Source: Candidatus Saccharimonadota bacterium
GTDB taxonomy: Bacteria > Patescibacteriota > Saccharimonadia > Saccharimonadales > Saccharimonadaceae
NCBI GenBank assembly: GCA_027450165.1
Contig: DAIDKE010000001.1
Span: 70,373-134,372, forward strand
Direction: 5' to 3'
Length of the DNA: 64,000 bases
This document shows, piece after piece, positions 8,652 through 17,325 of the stretch (positions are counted from its first letter, which is position 1; every line of letters begins with the position of its first letter). The translations under genes were made by a program, and so were the position numbers. Below the pieces are notes generated by a model. It ran no database searches. It had not been told where the DNA came from and saw nothing but the letters and a program-made list of their open reading frames with translations.

Positions 8652-9929
8652 TTACTTATCTGACGGTAGCGGGAACTGCAGCGCAAACTGTTCAACTTCG
8701 CTGCGTAGTCGGCTGAGTTCGGCTTCATTGTCGCGATTATCAATCGCCTGCTTCATCCAGCTTGCTAACTGCGCCATATGCTCCTCGCGTAGACCGCGGG
8801 TGGTCACGGCTGGCGTGCCCAAACGAATGCCGCTCGGTTTAAATGGCGGTAGCGGATCGTCAGCCACCACATTGGCGTTCAAAGTTAGGCCAATCTTATC
8901 AAGCGCCTGCTCGACAACTTTGCCGTCAAGTCCAAAGCTCTTGTAAACATCGGCTAAAATCAAATGGTTACTTGTACCACCGGTAATCAGCTGAAAGCCC
9001 TGTTTTTGCATTTCATCGGCCAGCGCGGCCGCATTCTTAACAATTTGGGCGGCGTAATCTTTAAAGTCTGGCTGCAGAGCCTCGTAAAAGGCTACGGCCT
9101 TGGCGGCAATAACATGCATATGCGGACCGCCTTGCATACCAGGAAAGACCGCGCGATCAATCAAGGTTGGAATGTTTTCGAGAGTTTTCTCGGGCGCCTT
9201 GAGCGGATTGCCAACCACACCTTTACTCAAAATCAGGCCGCCACGTGGACCGCGCAAAGTTTTGTGGGTCGTGGTAGTCATAACGTGAAAACCATAATCG
9301 AGCGGGTTTTTGGCCACGCCACCGGCAATCAAGCCAGCAATATGTGCCATATCGGCCATCAATAAGGCTCCCACTTCTTGACCAATAGCGGCAAATTTGG
9401 AATAGTCTAGCTCGCGCGGATAAGCGCTAAAGCCAGCCAGAATAATCTTTGGCTTATGTTCAAGCGCTAGGCGGCGAAGTTCATCGTAGTCGATCTCGCC
9501 AGTTGAAATATCCTTCATCTTGTAGCGCACAAAGTTATACAGATGAGCGCTACGCGTTACTGGCGCCCCGTGGGTTAAGTGACCACCGTGCGACAAGTCC
9601 ATCGCTAACACCGTATCGCCCGGCTCTAGCCAGGCACTATAGACAGCCTCGTTGGCCGGCGCGCCGGAGTGCGGCTGCACATTGGCGTGGTCAGCGTGAA
9701 ACAGCTGCTTGGCGCGGTCGATCGCTAATTGTTCAACTTGGTCGGTAAACTCCTGGCCGCCATAATAGCGCCGACCCGGGTAACCTTCAGAGTATTTATT
9801 GGTGAGAACACTGCCAAGCGCCGTCAACACCTCGCGGCTGACATAATTTTCACTTGGAATAAGCTCCAAACCCTTGCGCTCGCGCTGTTCTTCACCGGCA
9901 ATCAAAGCCATAATTTGTTCGTCATTCAT
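8652..9929 (-). CDS. glyA: serine hydroxymethyltransferase
   Basis: 425 aa. LELIPSENYVS, YSEGYPGRRYYGG, and the PLP-lysine region TTTTHKTLRGPRGG. Confidence 0.95.
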   Translation of the reverse strand: MNDEQIMALIAGEEQRERKGLELIPSENYVSREVLTALGSVLTNKYSEGYPGRRYYGGQEFTDQVEQLAIDRAKQLFHADHANVQPHSGAPANEAVYSAWLEPGDTVLAMDLSHGGHLTHGAPVTRSAHLYNFVRYKMKDISTGEIDYDELRRLALEHKPKIILAGFSAYPRELDYSKFAAIGQEVGALLMADMAHIAGLIAGGVAKNPLDYGFHVMTTTTHKTLRGPRGGLILSKGVVGNPLKAPEKTLENIPTLIDRAVFPGMQGGPHMHVIAAKAVAFYEALQPDFKDYAAQIVKNAAALADEMQKQGFQLITGGTSNHLILADVYKSFGLDGKVVEQALDKIGLTLNANVVADDPLPPFKPSGIRLGTPAVTTRGLREEHMAQLASWMKQAIDNRDNEAELSRLRSEVEQFALQFPLPSDK

Positions 9930-9982
9930 GTGTTTTTCTCCGTTACAACTAGTATAACACCTTACAAAAATCTTGTTGACTT

Positions 9983-10000
9983 TATATCATACGTGATATA
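9983..10000. promoter_or_regulatory. 18-bp perfect palindrome abutting the HTH-murA start codon (candidate operator)
   Basis: tatatca-tacg-tgatata (7-bp arms, 4-nt spacer). It ends 2 nt before the ATG at 10003 and lies downstream of a TTGACT -35-like hexamer. Confidence 0.35.
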
Positions 10001-10002
10001 TC

Positions 10003-11544
10003 ATGGTGGTTATGGAAACAGCACCCTATAAATCAAAAATTGGAACCCTAATTCAAGAGACACGACAGGCCCGGGGCCTGACCCAGTCGCAGCTGGCACA
10101 AGCCTTAAACACCAGCCAAAGCGCGATTAATCGCATCGAAAAAGGCGGTCAAAATATCAGCCTTGAGATGTTGGCGCGCATTAGTGACGTTTTGTCAAGT
10201 CAAATTATTAGCCTTAACCAACCCGGTTCGATTAACTTCCGTGTCGAGGGCGGTTACCAACTATCCGGCAGCATCGACGTTAAAACCAGCAAAAACGCCG
10301 CCGTTGCCCTGCTCTGCGCTTCGCTATTAAATCGCGGCACGACGACCTTCAAACACGTTGCCCGAATCGAAGAGGTCAATCGTATCCTAGAGGTGTTGAA
10401 TAGTATCGGCGTTAAAAGCCGCTGGTTCAACGACAACGATCTTGAACTTATTCCGCCAGCCCGGCTCAAACTTGAAAACATGGATATCGAGGCCGCCAAA
10501 AAGACGCGTTCGATCATCATGTTCCTTGGGCCACTAATGCACCGTTACAAAAACTTCCGCCTACCATACGCCGGTGGCTGTACGCTTGGCGAGCGCACCG
10601 TTGAGCCGCACATGGATGGCCTCAAGCCGTTTGGCCTGCAAGTTGATACCGTAACTGGTTATTACGATGCCAAATCAAACACTGTTCAGCCAGAAAAGAC
10701 AATCGTCCTGTCCGAGCGCGGCGACACCGTAACCGAAAACATCATCATGGCCGCCGCTTTGAATGATGGCGTAACGGTTATTCACAATGCCAGCCCGAAC
10801 TACATGGTCCAAGACCTTTGTTTCTTCCTCGAAAAGTTAGGTGTCAAAATTGACGGCATCGGCACCACCCGTCTGACAATCAAGGGCGTTCACGACATCA
10901 ATAAAAATGTCGAATACTACCCTAGCGAAGACCCGATCGAGGCTATGAGCTTTATCGCCGCCGCCATCGTGACCAAATCGGAAATTACCGTCCGCCGGGC
11001 ACCAATTGAATTCCTAGAAGTCGAGCTTAAGACTCTCGAAACTATGGGCTTCGAATACGAGCTGTCGAAAATCTACGCCGCCAACAACGGCCGCACCCAG
11101 CTGGTCGACATCACGACCAAAGTTAGCGAACTACACGCGCCAGTTGATAAAATTCACCCACTACCATTCCCGGGCCTGAATATCGACAACCTGCCGTTCT
11201 TTGCCGTGATTGCTGCTACCGCTAAAGGTCGCACGCTGATTCACGACTGGGTTTACGAGAACCGCGCCATTTACTTGATTGAATTAACCAAGCTAAACGC
11301 CAATGTTCAGCTGCTCGACCCACACCGCCTGTACGTCGAAGGACCGACCAAGTGGAAGCCAGCCGAAATTGTCACTCCACCGGCCCTACGCCCCGCTGTT
11401 GTGTTGCTATTAGCCATGCTAGCCGCCCCTGGCGTCTCGAGCATGCGCAACGTCTACTCAATCAACCGCGGCTACGAAGATCTGGCCAACCGTCTAAATA
11501 CCCTGGGTGCGCACATTACTGTTCTGCGCGACATTGCCGAGTAA
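10003..11544 (+). CDS. murA: XRE-type HTH domain fused to UDP-N-acetylglucosamine 1-carboxyvinyltransferase
   Basis: 513 aa. Residues ~10-70 form an HTH_3/XRE domain (IGTLIQETRQARGLTQSQLAQALNTSQSAINRIEKGGQNISLEMLARI). The remainder is MurA: TSKNAA (Lys22 equivalent), AGGCTLGERTVEPHMDGL (catalytic Cys), YENRAIY, INRGYEDL. Confidence 0.85.
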   Translation: MVVMETAPYKSKIGTLIQETRQARGLTQSQLAQALNTSQSAINRIEKGGQNISLEMLARISDVLSSQIISLNQPGSINFRVEGGYQLSGSIDVKTSKNAAVALLCASLLNRGTTTFKHVARIEEVNRILEVLNSIGVKSRWFNDNDLELIPPARLKLENMDIEAAKKTRSIIMFLGPLMHRYKNFRLPYAGGCTLGERTVEPHMDGLKPFGLQVDTVTGYYDAKSNTVQPEKTIVLSERGDTVTENIIMAAALNDGVTVIHNASPNYMVQDLCFFLEKLGVKIDGIGTTRLTIKGVHDINKNVEYYPSEDPIEAMSFIAAAIVTKSEITVRRAPIEFLEVELKTLETMGFEYELSKIYAANNGRTQLVDITTKVSELHAPVDKIHPLPFPGLNIDNLPFFAVIAATAKGRTLIHDWVYENRAIYLIELTKLNANVQLLDPHRLYVEGPTKWKPAEIVTPPALRPAVVLLLAMLAAPGVSSMRNVYSINRGYEDLANRLNTLGAHITVLRDIAE

Positions 11545-11545
11545 C

Positions 11546-12244
11546 TTAGAACTCGTCTTTAGTATAAAACTGCGTTTTTTCGATAAACGATTCTTTGCCG
11601 ATACCAAGACCGGTCTCAATGTCGGTGCTGGTATATTTCTTGTCGATTTTGGCCAATTCTTGCAGCGACAGCAAGGCGTTACGGCCACCCTCAAAATCAA
11701 CCTTTAGTTCACCGCTTGGCTTCTCGGCGCCAACCACGTGAAAGATTTTATCCTCTAAAATCTCATCATTTTCAGCCGACCGAACGTGCTCGTGATAAAC
11801 ACCGCGATAAACTAGACTTGCTCGCAGGCCGGTTTCTTCTTCAAGCTCGCGCCCAGCCGCCTCAAGGATTGTTTCACCCCAGCGGATCTTACCACCCGGA
11901 TAACCCCAAAACCCGAAGTACGGATGTTTCAGCCTTTCTTGCACCAACACACGATCGCCATCTTTCAGGACAATGATGACGGCGCTTTTCGGCTGTCGCT
12001 CGATCACGTTTTTATCGGTGTCAATTTTATTAGCATATTCCTTACCCGCAACCGTTAACCTATAAGCGCCTTCGGCGGTCTTTTCGATATAGCCGACTTC
12101 TAGCAAACGGGCAATGTGAAATTTAAAATGGTCGCTTTCAAGCCCGGTTTTCTTGCGCAAGAAAGAATAACGGGCCGATGGCGCAAAAAGTAATTCGCGC
12201 AAAATTACCGTTTGAGCTTCATGGATTTTAACTTCGTGTGACAT
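11546..12244 (-). CDS. winged-HTH + NUDIX hydrolase domain protein
   Basis: The ATG at 12244 is preceded by AGGAGG; the track's 12262 start is a TTG. N-terminal wHTH-like segment, then Nudix box GGKIRWGETILEAAGRELEEETGL. Confidence 0.7.
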   Translation of the reverse strand: MSHEVKIHEAQTVILRELLFAPSARYSFLRKKTGLESDHFKFHIARLLEVGYIEKTAEGAYRLTVAGKEYANKIDTDKNVIERQPKSAVIIVLKDGDRVLVQERLKHPYFGFWGYPGGKIRWGETILEAAGRELEEETGLRASLVYRGVYHEHVRSAENDEILEDKIFHVVGAEKPSGELKVDFEGGRNALLSLQELAKIDKKYTSTDIETGLGIGKESFIEKTQFYTKDEF

Positions 12245-12304
12245 ATTACCTCCTGAGCCCAAAATATATGCAACTAAAAAATAAATCTAGGGAAGATAAA
12301 TTCC

Positions 12305-13120
12305 CTACTTTAGACCACTTAGATCAACCGGTATCCAATTGGCCTGTTCAGCCTCATCCTTAATCATGGTCGCAAATTGATCAACATAAATTTGGCGAAA
12401 CCTGGCAAGCATTTCTTCTTTCCCGTCAGACGGCAGACCTTTCCTGTGACTCAAGGCGATCAGATAATCGGCCGTACGGTCCAGGCCAGCAGCAACCACG
12501 TGCGCCGACCGAGCAAAAACCTCGCCTTTGGCGCGCATCACCTCTAGAATTATATCTGACGCTGGTTGCTGTAAGGCTATAGAAGACGCCGCAAACATGT
12601 TATCGTCATGCTGCGCCAGCCAAATAATGAGCGAATCGACCGATACCAAGGCGCCGTTTTCGGCTAATTCAATCTTGTATTTATCAGGTCTGATCGTTAG
12701 TAAAGGATATTTTCTAAAAATATCACCAACCAGATATGGATTCCGCATTCTGGTTAGAACCTTTTTTACGTAATTTGTATTACCCTCGGTACCGACCAGA
12801 GGAGCCAGGACGCCGTCAAGCATCTGAAGCTTCGAGGCAATATCAGCAGCTTGGTATTGCTCACCCAAAACATCACCCAACTCAGCACAAGCATCAATCA
12901 GCTTACGGCTTGCTGGCTGCTTTTCGGGCCGACCACCATCAACCCTGTCAGGCTCTATGCGTGAGGCAATCTTAAAATATTCAACAGCCGCCAAACCAAG
13001 ATCGCGTTCTGCCATTGTGCGATATTTAGCAACAAGACCTTCATGACCATGGGCACTGGTCTCCATGGCAAATAAAATATCGTCCACCGCGTCCCACGAA
13101 TCACTTACGCCCAATTCCAT
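12305..13120 (-). CDS. hypothetical protein (271 aa)
   Basis: Long ORF with no competing frame. No motif recognised. Confidence 0.5.
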   Translation of the reverse strand: MELGVSDSWDAVDDILFAMETSAHGHEGLVAKYRTMAERDLGLAAVEYFKIASRIEPDRVDGGRPEKQPASRKLIDACAELGDVLGEQYQAADIASKLQMLDGVLAPLVGTEGNTNYVKKVLTRMRNPYLVGDIFRKYPLLTIRPDKYKIELAENGALVSVDSLIIWLAQHDDNMFAASSIALQQPASDIILEVMRAKGEVFARSAHVVAAGLDRTADYLIALSHRKGLPSDGKEEMLARFRQIYVDQFATMIKDEAEQANWIPVDLSGLK

Positions 13121-13164
13121 AGCTTAAAACTATATGTCCCCCACACCTTAGAAGCAAGCATAAA

Positions 13165-13191
13165 CAAAAAAGACACCAGATTGGCGTCTTT
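13165..13191 (-). terminator. terminator downstream of tRNA-Arg(CCG)
   Basis: Minus-strand RNA is AAAGACGCC-AAUC-UGGUGUCUUUUUUG (6-bp stem with one G-U, then a U6 run). Confidence 0.6.
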
Positions 13192-13203
13192 GATTAGTGC
13201 GCG

Positions 13204-13280
13204 TGGTACGCCCGATAGGATTCGAACCTACGGCCTTTGGTACCGGAAACCAACGCTCTATCCAGCTGAGCTACGGGCGC
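13204..13280 (-). tRNA. tRNA-Arg(CCG), CCA encoded
   Basis: Reverse complement is GCGCCCGTAGCTCAGCTGGATAGAGCGTTGGTTTCCGGTACCAAAGGCCGTAGGTTCGAATCCTATCGGGCGTACCA. Anticodon loop TTCCGGT. Confidence 0.9.
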
Positions 13281-13338
13281 ATAGGATCTATGATAGCCTG
13301 CCGACCATAAAAATCCAAATGCACCCGCAGACACTCAA

Positions 13339-13548
13339 CTAATGCGAGTAGTTCAGCTTGTAGTCCGGAATATCGGTCAAATCCATGTCACCTTGGCGCC
13401 AGGTGCGCAAGTTGCTTCCCGCCAAGGACTCCAACCTATGTTTTAGCTGTTCGCTTTCGTGATTGAAAGCTTGGAGTTGGACTTTTTTCATGTATTTTTT
13501 CTCTAACCGATCAATAAACGCTCGTCGGCTATTGCGGTTCCTTCGCAT
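13339..13548 (-). CDS. small basic hypothetical protein
   Basis: 69 aa from the ATG at 13548, which is preceded by GGGAGAAGG. The track start at 13563 is 5 codons upstream. No family recognised. Confidence 0.35.
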   Translation of the reverse strand: MRRNRNSRRAFIDRLEKKYMKKVQLQAFNHESEQLKHRLESLAGSNLRTWRQGDMDLTDIPDYKLNYSH

Positions 13549-13664
13549 GTTACCTTCTCCCATCTAACTTAATGTTGGTAACCTTAGTATATGGCCTATG
13601 CGGATTGCTGTCTGTTCGCCGCATCATACAATTTGTGTTATGGCAGCTACCAAAAATATGTGAT

Positions 13665-14333
13665 ATGTGCCACAATAAAAATGTGAAGATATTCACCGCT
13701 GCTTCGATCAAACGGTCATTTCCCAGCGCGATAGAACGCGTTTACGAAGCCGGCCAGGTGGTGGTGTATCACGGCGATAAACCAGATCATGTGATGTTTA
13801 TCAAAAGCGGTGCCGTGAAATTCTATGATACTGACGTCGATGGCAATGAAAAAATTCTGCACATCGGCAGCACGGGCAGCTTTTTCCCGCTGTTCTTTCC
13901 GCTCGAAGACAAGGACGCGGTTGATGCCTTTTACGCGACAATTACAAAAACCGAGGTTATTATGGTGCCGCTGAGCGAATTCCGCGACCATATTCGAGCT
14001 TCGGCCGATTATTCATTTCAAGTTTTGCGCTGGTACGTTCAAGAAGTTGATCATATCGTTTTGCGCCTAAAAAGCATGGAAAAGAGTTCCGCCAAACAGC
14101 GACTTTTACACGCTTTTTATTACCTATGCAGCGAGCATGCCGTGCATAAAGTTAACTCAACTTGGTGCAAGGTGAATTTTCCTCTGACCCAACAAATTTT
14201 AGCCGATCTAACCGGCCTAACGCGCGAAACCGTTAACGTAACTTTAAAAGACACCGATATTCAGCGGCTAGTAAAAACCAAGCACCAAGTTTACGAGATC
14301 AACGAAGCTAAAGTAAGGGCCTTACTGCACTGA
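13665..14333 (+). CDS. Crp/Fnr family transcriptional regulator
   Basis: cNMP-binding beta-barrel (YEAGQVVVYHGDKPDHVMFIKSGAVKFY) plus C-terminal HTH (LTQQILADLTGLTRETVNVTLKD). Start chosen at MCHNKN; the track ORF begins at 13572. Confidence 0.75.
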   Translation: MCHNKNVKIFTAASIKRSFPSAIERVYEAGQVVVYHGDKPDHVMFIKSGAVKFYDTDVDGNEKILHIGSTGSFFPLFFPLEDKDAVDAFYATITKTEVIMVPLSEFRDHIRASADYSFQVLRWYVQEVDHIVLRLKSMEKSSAKQRLLHAFYYLCSEHAVHKVNSTWCKVNFPLTQQILADLTGLTRETVNVTLKDTDIQRLVKTKHQVYEINEAKVRALLH

Positions 14334-14340
14334 TCTAGCA

Positions 14341-14808
14341 CTACCCTGCAGTAGTCAGACGGTCGTAGATGTACGTACTATTTTTACCGTCGGTATAGGC
14401 TTTGATGTCAATCTCCGACAAAAACGCCGGTAGAATATAGGTTTCCTTCGGGTCAACAAACTCGACGCGGCTAATCTCAATCAAACCGTGTGAAGTTTTT
14501 GTAATGTCAATCTTGTCGAATTCACTGGAATCTTCGACCTGAAAGAATAACTCGAGCTCTTCGTCCCACCCGTCGCGATCGGATATAAATTGCTGGACAA
14601 ATAGTAGCTTGCCGGGCTTCACCTTAATACCAAGCTCTTCGAAAAATTCGCGCTTAATACAGTCGGCAAAACTTTCCATCCGCTCCAGCCCGCCACCTGG
14701 CGTTGCCCAGTACTTAGCCTCTTCACCTTTTTCGTTTTTATTTTTGACGGCCAAAATTTTACCGTCTCGCAGCACGACACCGCGGACGTTAACACGTCGT
14801 TTATTCAC
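14341..14808 (-). CDS. NUDIX hydrolase
   Basis: 155 aa. Nudix box GGGLERMESFADCIKREFFEELGI. Confidence 0.8.
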   Translation of the reverse strand: MNKRRVNVRGVVLRDGKILAVKNKNEKGEEAKYWATPGGGLERMESFADCIKREFFEELGIKVKPGKLLFVQQFISDRDGWDEELELFFQVEDSSEFDKIDITKTSHGLIEISRVEFVDPKETYILPAFLSEIDIKAYTDGKNSTYIYDRLTTAG

Positions 14809-15031
14809 TTTTGACTCCTTATAAATTATTGCTGTTATTAGGAGCGTGAGTGGTTCGGCCCGTCCGAACGTTCAGCGCGTAGAGGAACACACTGGTTCAT
14901 AGTAAAATAATTATTGCACGCGCAAACTACGAAAGTCAAACAATTTTATTAACAATATCAGCCATAATCACGGCGATGAGCAAACATAAACTTTATGGTA
15001 TGATAGTATTAACCATTCAAAAAATAAACAT

Positions 15032-15736
15032 ATGCCTAACACCATACATGTCTACTCTCGTCGTCAAGCGGCCGTAGCGCCCATTAAAAAGCACCATTAT
15101 AAACGGTGGGGTATTTCACTTTTACTTATAGGTATGCTGACTATACCGCCGCTAGTAAAGCCGCGAGCCGTTGAAGCGACCAAAACTAAATCGACAGCAG
15201 TAATCGCCATACAGGAATCTTATGCCGCACAAACCAAGCTGCTCAACCAGGTGTCCACTAGGGGGCTTGACTCGGTACAGCTTCAGTTACTGCAGCTTGC
15301 CAAACAGCAGTTTGCCACCCACGCCACATCTTATGATTCTACGGTTATGGAATATACGCAGGGTTCCCAAGAATCATGGTGTTCTGACTTTATTAGCTGG
15401 CTACGCAACCAAGCGGGCGTACCGTTTATTAACCCGACCAGTGGCTCATGGCGTATCCCGGGCGTCGATACGCTGCAAGATTATTACCAACAATACAATG
15501 CATACTATGCCGTGGGCGACTATACGCCAAAACTGGGCGATGTGGCTTTTTATAACGACACTAATTTGAGCGGAGACAACACGGCTCATGTGGCGATGGT
15601 ATTAGGCGTAAGCGGCAATAACGTGATTACTATCGGCGGCAATGAGGGCACCGGAGATGGAACCATTCAAGTGCGTAGCGACCCGCTCCAAGACGGATAT
15701 CTTGGTCTTAGTGGATTTGGTGATTCCACCCTCTAG
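15032..15736 (+). CDS. membrane-anchored CHAP-domain peptidoglycan hydrolase
   Basis: 234 aa. N-terminal TM anchor (WGISLLLIGMLTIPPLV). CHAP-like Cys (ESWCSDFISW) and His (NTAHVAMVLG ... ITIGGNEG). Confidence 0.65.
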   Translation: MPNTIHVYSRRQAAVAPIKKHHYKRWGISLLLIGMLTIPPLVKPRAVEATKTKSTAVIAIQESYAAQTKLLNQVSTRGLDSVQLQLLQLAKQQFATHATSYDSTVMEYTQGSQESWCSDFISWLRNQAGVPFINPTSGSWRIPGVDTLQDYYQQYNAYYAVGDYTPKLGDVAFYNDTNLSGDNTAHVAMVLGVSGNNVITIGGNEGTGDGTIQVRSDPLQDGYLGLSGFGDSTL

Positions 15737-15788
15737 AAGAGCCCCACAAAATTACTGATAGTGTTCAAAATAGGATAAATTCGCAAAA

Positions 15789-15865
15789 TGGTACCCCGGG
15801 CTGGAATTGAACCAGCGACCTTAGGCTTAGAAGTCCTCTGCTCTATCCAACTGAGCTACCGGGGC
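15789..15865 (-). tRNA. tRNA-Arg(TCT), CCA encoded, weak anticodon stem
   Basis: Reverse complement is GCCCCGGTAGCTCAGTTGGATAGAGCAGAGGACTTCTAAGCCTAAGGTCGCTGGTTCAATTCCAGCCCGGGGTACCA. Anticodon loop CTTCTAA. Pairs 27-43 (G/A) and 31-39 (A/G) are mismatched. Confidence 0.8.
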
Positions 15866-15919
15866 GAACCTAATACAATATTACCATGAACATCGCCTCT
15901 TACAGAGATAATGTGTAAT

Positions 15920-17281
15920 TTAGAACAGCGATATCAGCAGCGCAATCGCAGCCAAGAACATCACCACAAAGGCGACCCACAGACCTAGTCTTGACCAGAA
16001 GCGGCTCCTATAGTCGCCCATAACCTTTTGGCTGCTTGATACGCGCGCGATCAAGAAAATCAGCGGCACGGCCACTATACCGTTAAACACCGCCGTCATA
16101 ACTAGGGCTTTAATTGGATCAAAGCCGATGAAGTTAAACAGCAGGCCAACAACCGTTCCGATGATAATGACTAGATAAAACTCACGCGCTTGTTTAAATT
16201 TGCGGAACAAACCTTCGCGCCAGTTAAATGTCTCGGCAATCGCATATGACGACGATCCAGCCAAAACCGGAATGCTCATCAGACCGATGCCAACAACACC
16301 AACTGCGAATATTAGCTGCGCCAAAAGTCCGGCGTTCGGGAAGGTGTGAACGAGCGGCACTAGCGCCTTGGCGGCGTCGGCGGCCGTCACAATGTTGGTA
16401 ATACCGGCATGATTCAGCACGACCGCACCAACTACAATGATGAACCAAGCCGTCACACTCGAAAACAGCATACCAACAACCGTATCGATGCGCAGCCGCT
16501 TTAGATACGGCCGACTAAGGTGCGGAATACCACCTCTTTGAGGCATGCGGTGTTCGGTAATCTCGTCTTCAACAACATTGCTGGTTTGCCAAAAGAACAG
16601 GTACGGCGAGATCGTTGTACCAAATATAGCCACGATCACAAACAGAAAGCCCTGGTTTAGATCAATGTGCGGCATAACCGTTGCCGATAGTGCGTCGGCC
16701 CATGGCACGTTCACGATAAACGCCGTGATGATGTAAGAAAATAGCGCCAGTGCCAGCCATTTAAGGATGCGCACGTAAGTTCGATAAGATATAAAAACCT
16801 CTAAAAGAATGATAATTGTGGCAAAACAGACCGCCAGCAAACCAAACGGCACCGCCGGTAGTAACAGCTGCGTGCTGGCCGCCATGGCACCAATGTCAGA
16901 TCCAATGTTAAAGGTGTTAGCCAGAACAACCAGCAGCACAATCGGATAAAGTATCTTTTTAGGATAATTGTCACGTATTATGGCCGCCAGGCCCTTGCCG
17001 GTAACCGCGCCGATACGCATCACTGCCTCTTGCACCGCAACCATCAGCGGGAAGGTAAAGACCATAGTCCATGGCATGTGAAAGCCAAACTGTGCGCCAG
17101 CCTGCGAGTATGTCGCAATTCCCGACGGATCATCATCAGCCGCTCCGGTAATAATACCTGGACCCAAAATACGTAGAAAGCGGCCAATCTTCTTCTTCTT
17201 TTTCGGCTGACGGCGAAATATGCGAAGACCCTTAATCAGTTCCTCGGCTTCGGCGATCTGCTCGTCGGGAAAATTAACCAT
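15920..17281 (-). CDS. NRAMP-related metal-ion transporter (non-canonical binding-site motifs)
   Basis: 453 aa and multi-TM. TM1 region is GPGIITGAADDDPSGIATYSQAGAQFG, with DPSG where canonical NRAMP has DPGN. The TM6 region FGTTISPYLFFWQ lacks the canonical Met. Confidence 0.7.
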   Translation of the reverse strand: MVNFPDEQIAEAEELIKGLRIFRRQPKKKKKIGRFLRILGPGIITGAADDDPSGIATYSQAGAQFGFHMPWTMVFTFPLMVAVQEAVMRIGAVTGKGLAAIIRDNYPKKILYPIVLLVVLANTFNIGSDIGAMAASTQLLLPAVPFGLLAVCFATIIILLEVFISYRTYVRILKWLALALFSYIITAFIVNVPWADALSATVMPHIDLNQGFLFVIVAIFGTTISPYLFFWQTSNVVEDEITEHRMPQRGGIPHLSRPYLKRLRIDTVVGMLFSSVTAWFIIVVGAVVLNHAGITNIVTAADAAKALVPLVHTFPNAGLLAQLIFAVGVVGIGLMSIPVLAGSSSYAIAETFNWREGLFRKFKQAREFYLVIIIGTVVGLLFNFIGFDPIKALVMTAVFNGIVAVPLIFLIARVSSSQKVMGDYRSRFWSRLGLWVAFVVMFLAAIALLISLF

Positions 17282-17325
17282 ATCCTCGTATACTATACTG
17301 TCTGCAGGTTCATTTCAACATGTAA

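Noticed and set aside
14809-15031. 223-nt untranslated region upstream of the CHAP hydrolase gene, considered as a possible c-di-AMP (ydaO-type) riboswitch or other structured leader
   Set aside because: I see one short hairpin (gttcgg-cccgt-ccgaac), but none of the conserved riboswitch segments I can recall. The call cannot be supported without a covariance-model scan (Rfam/Infernal).
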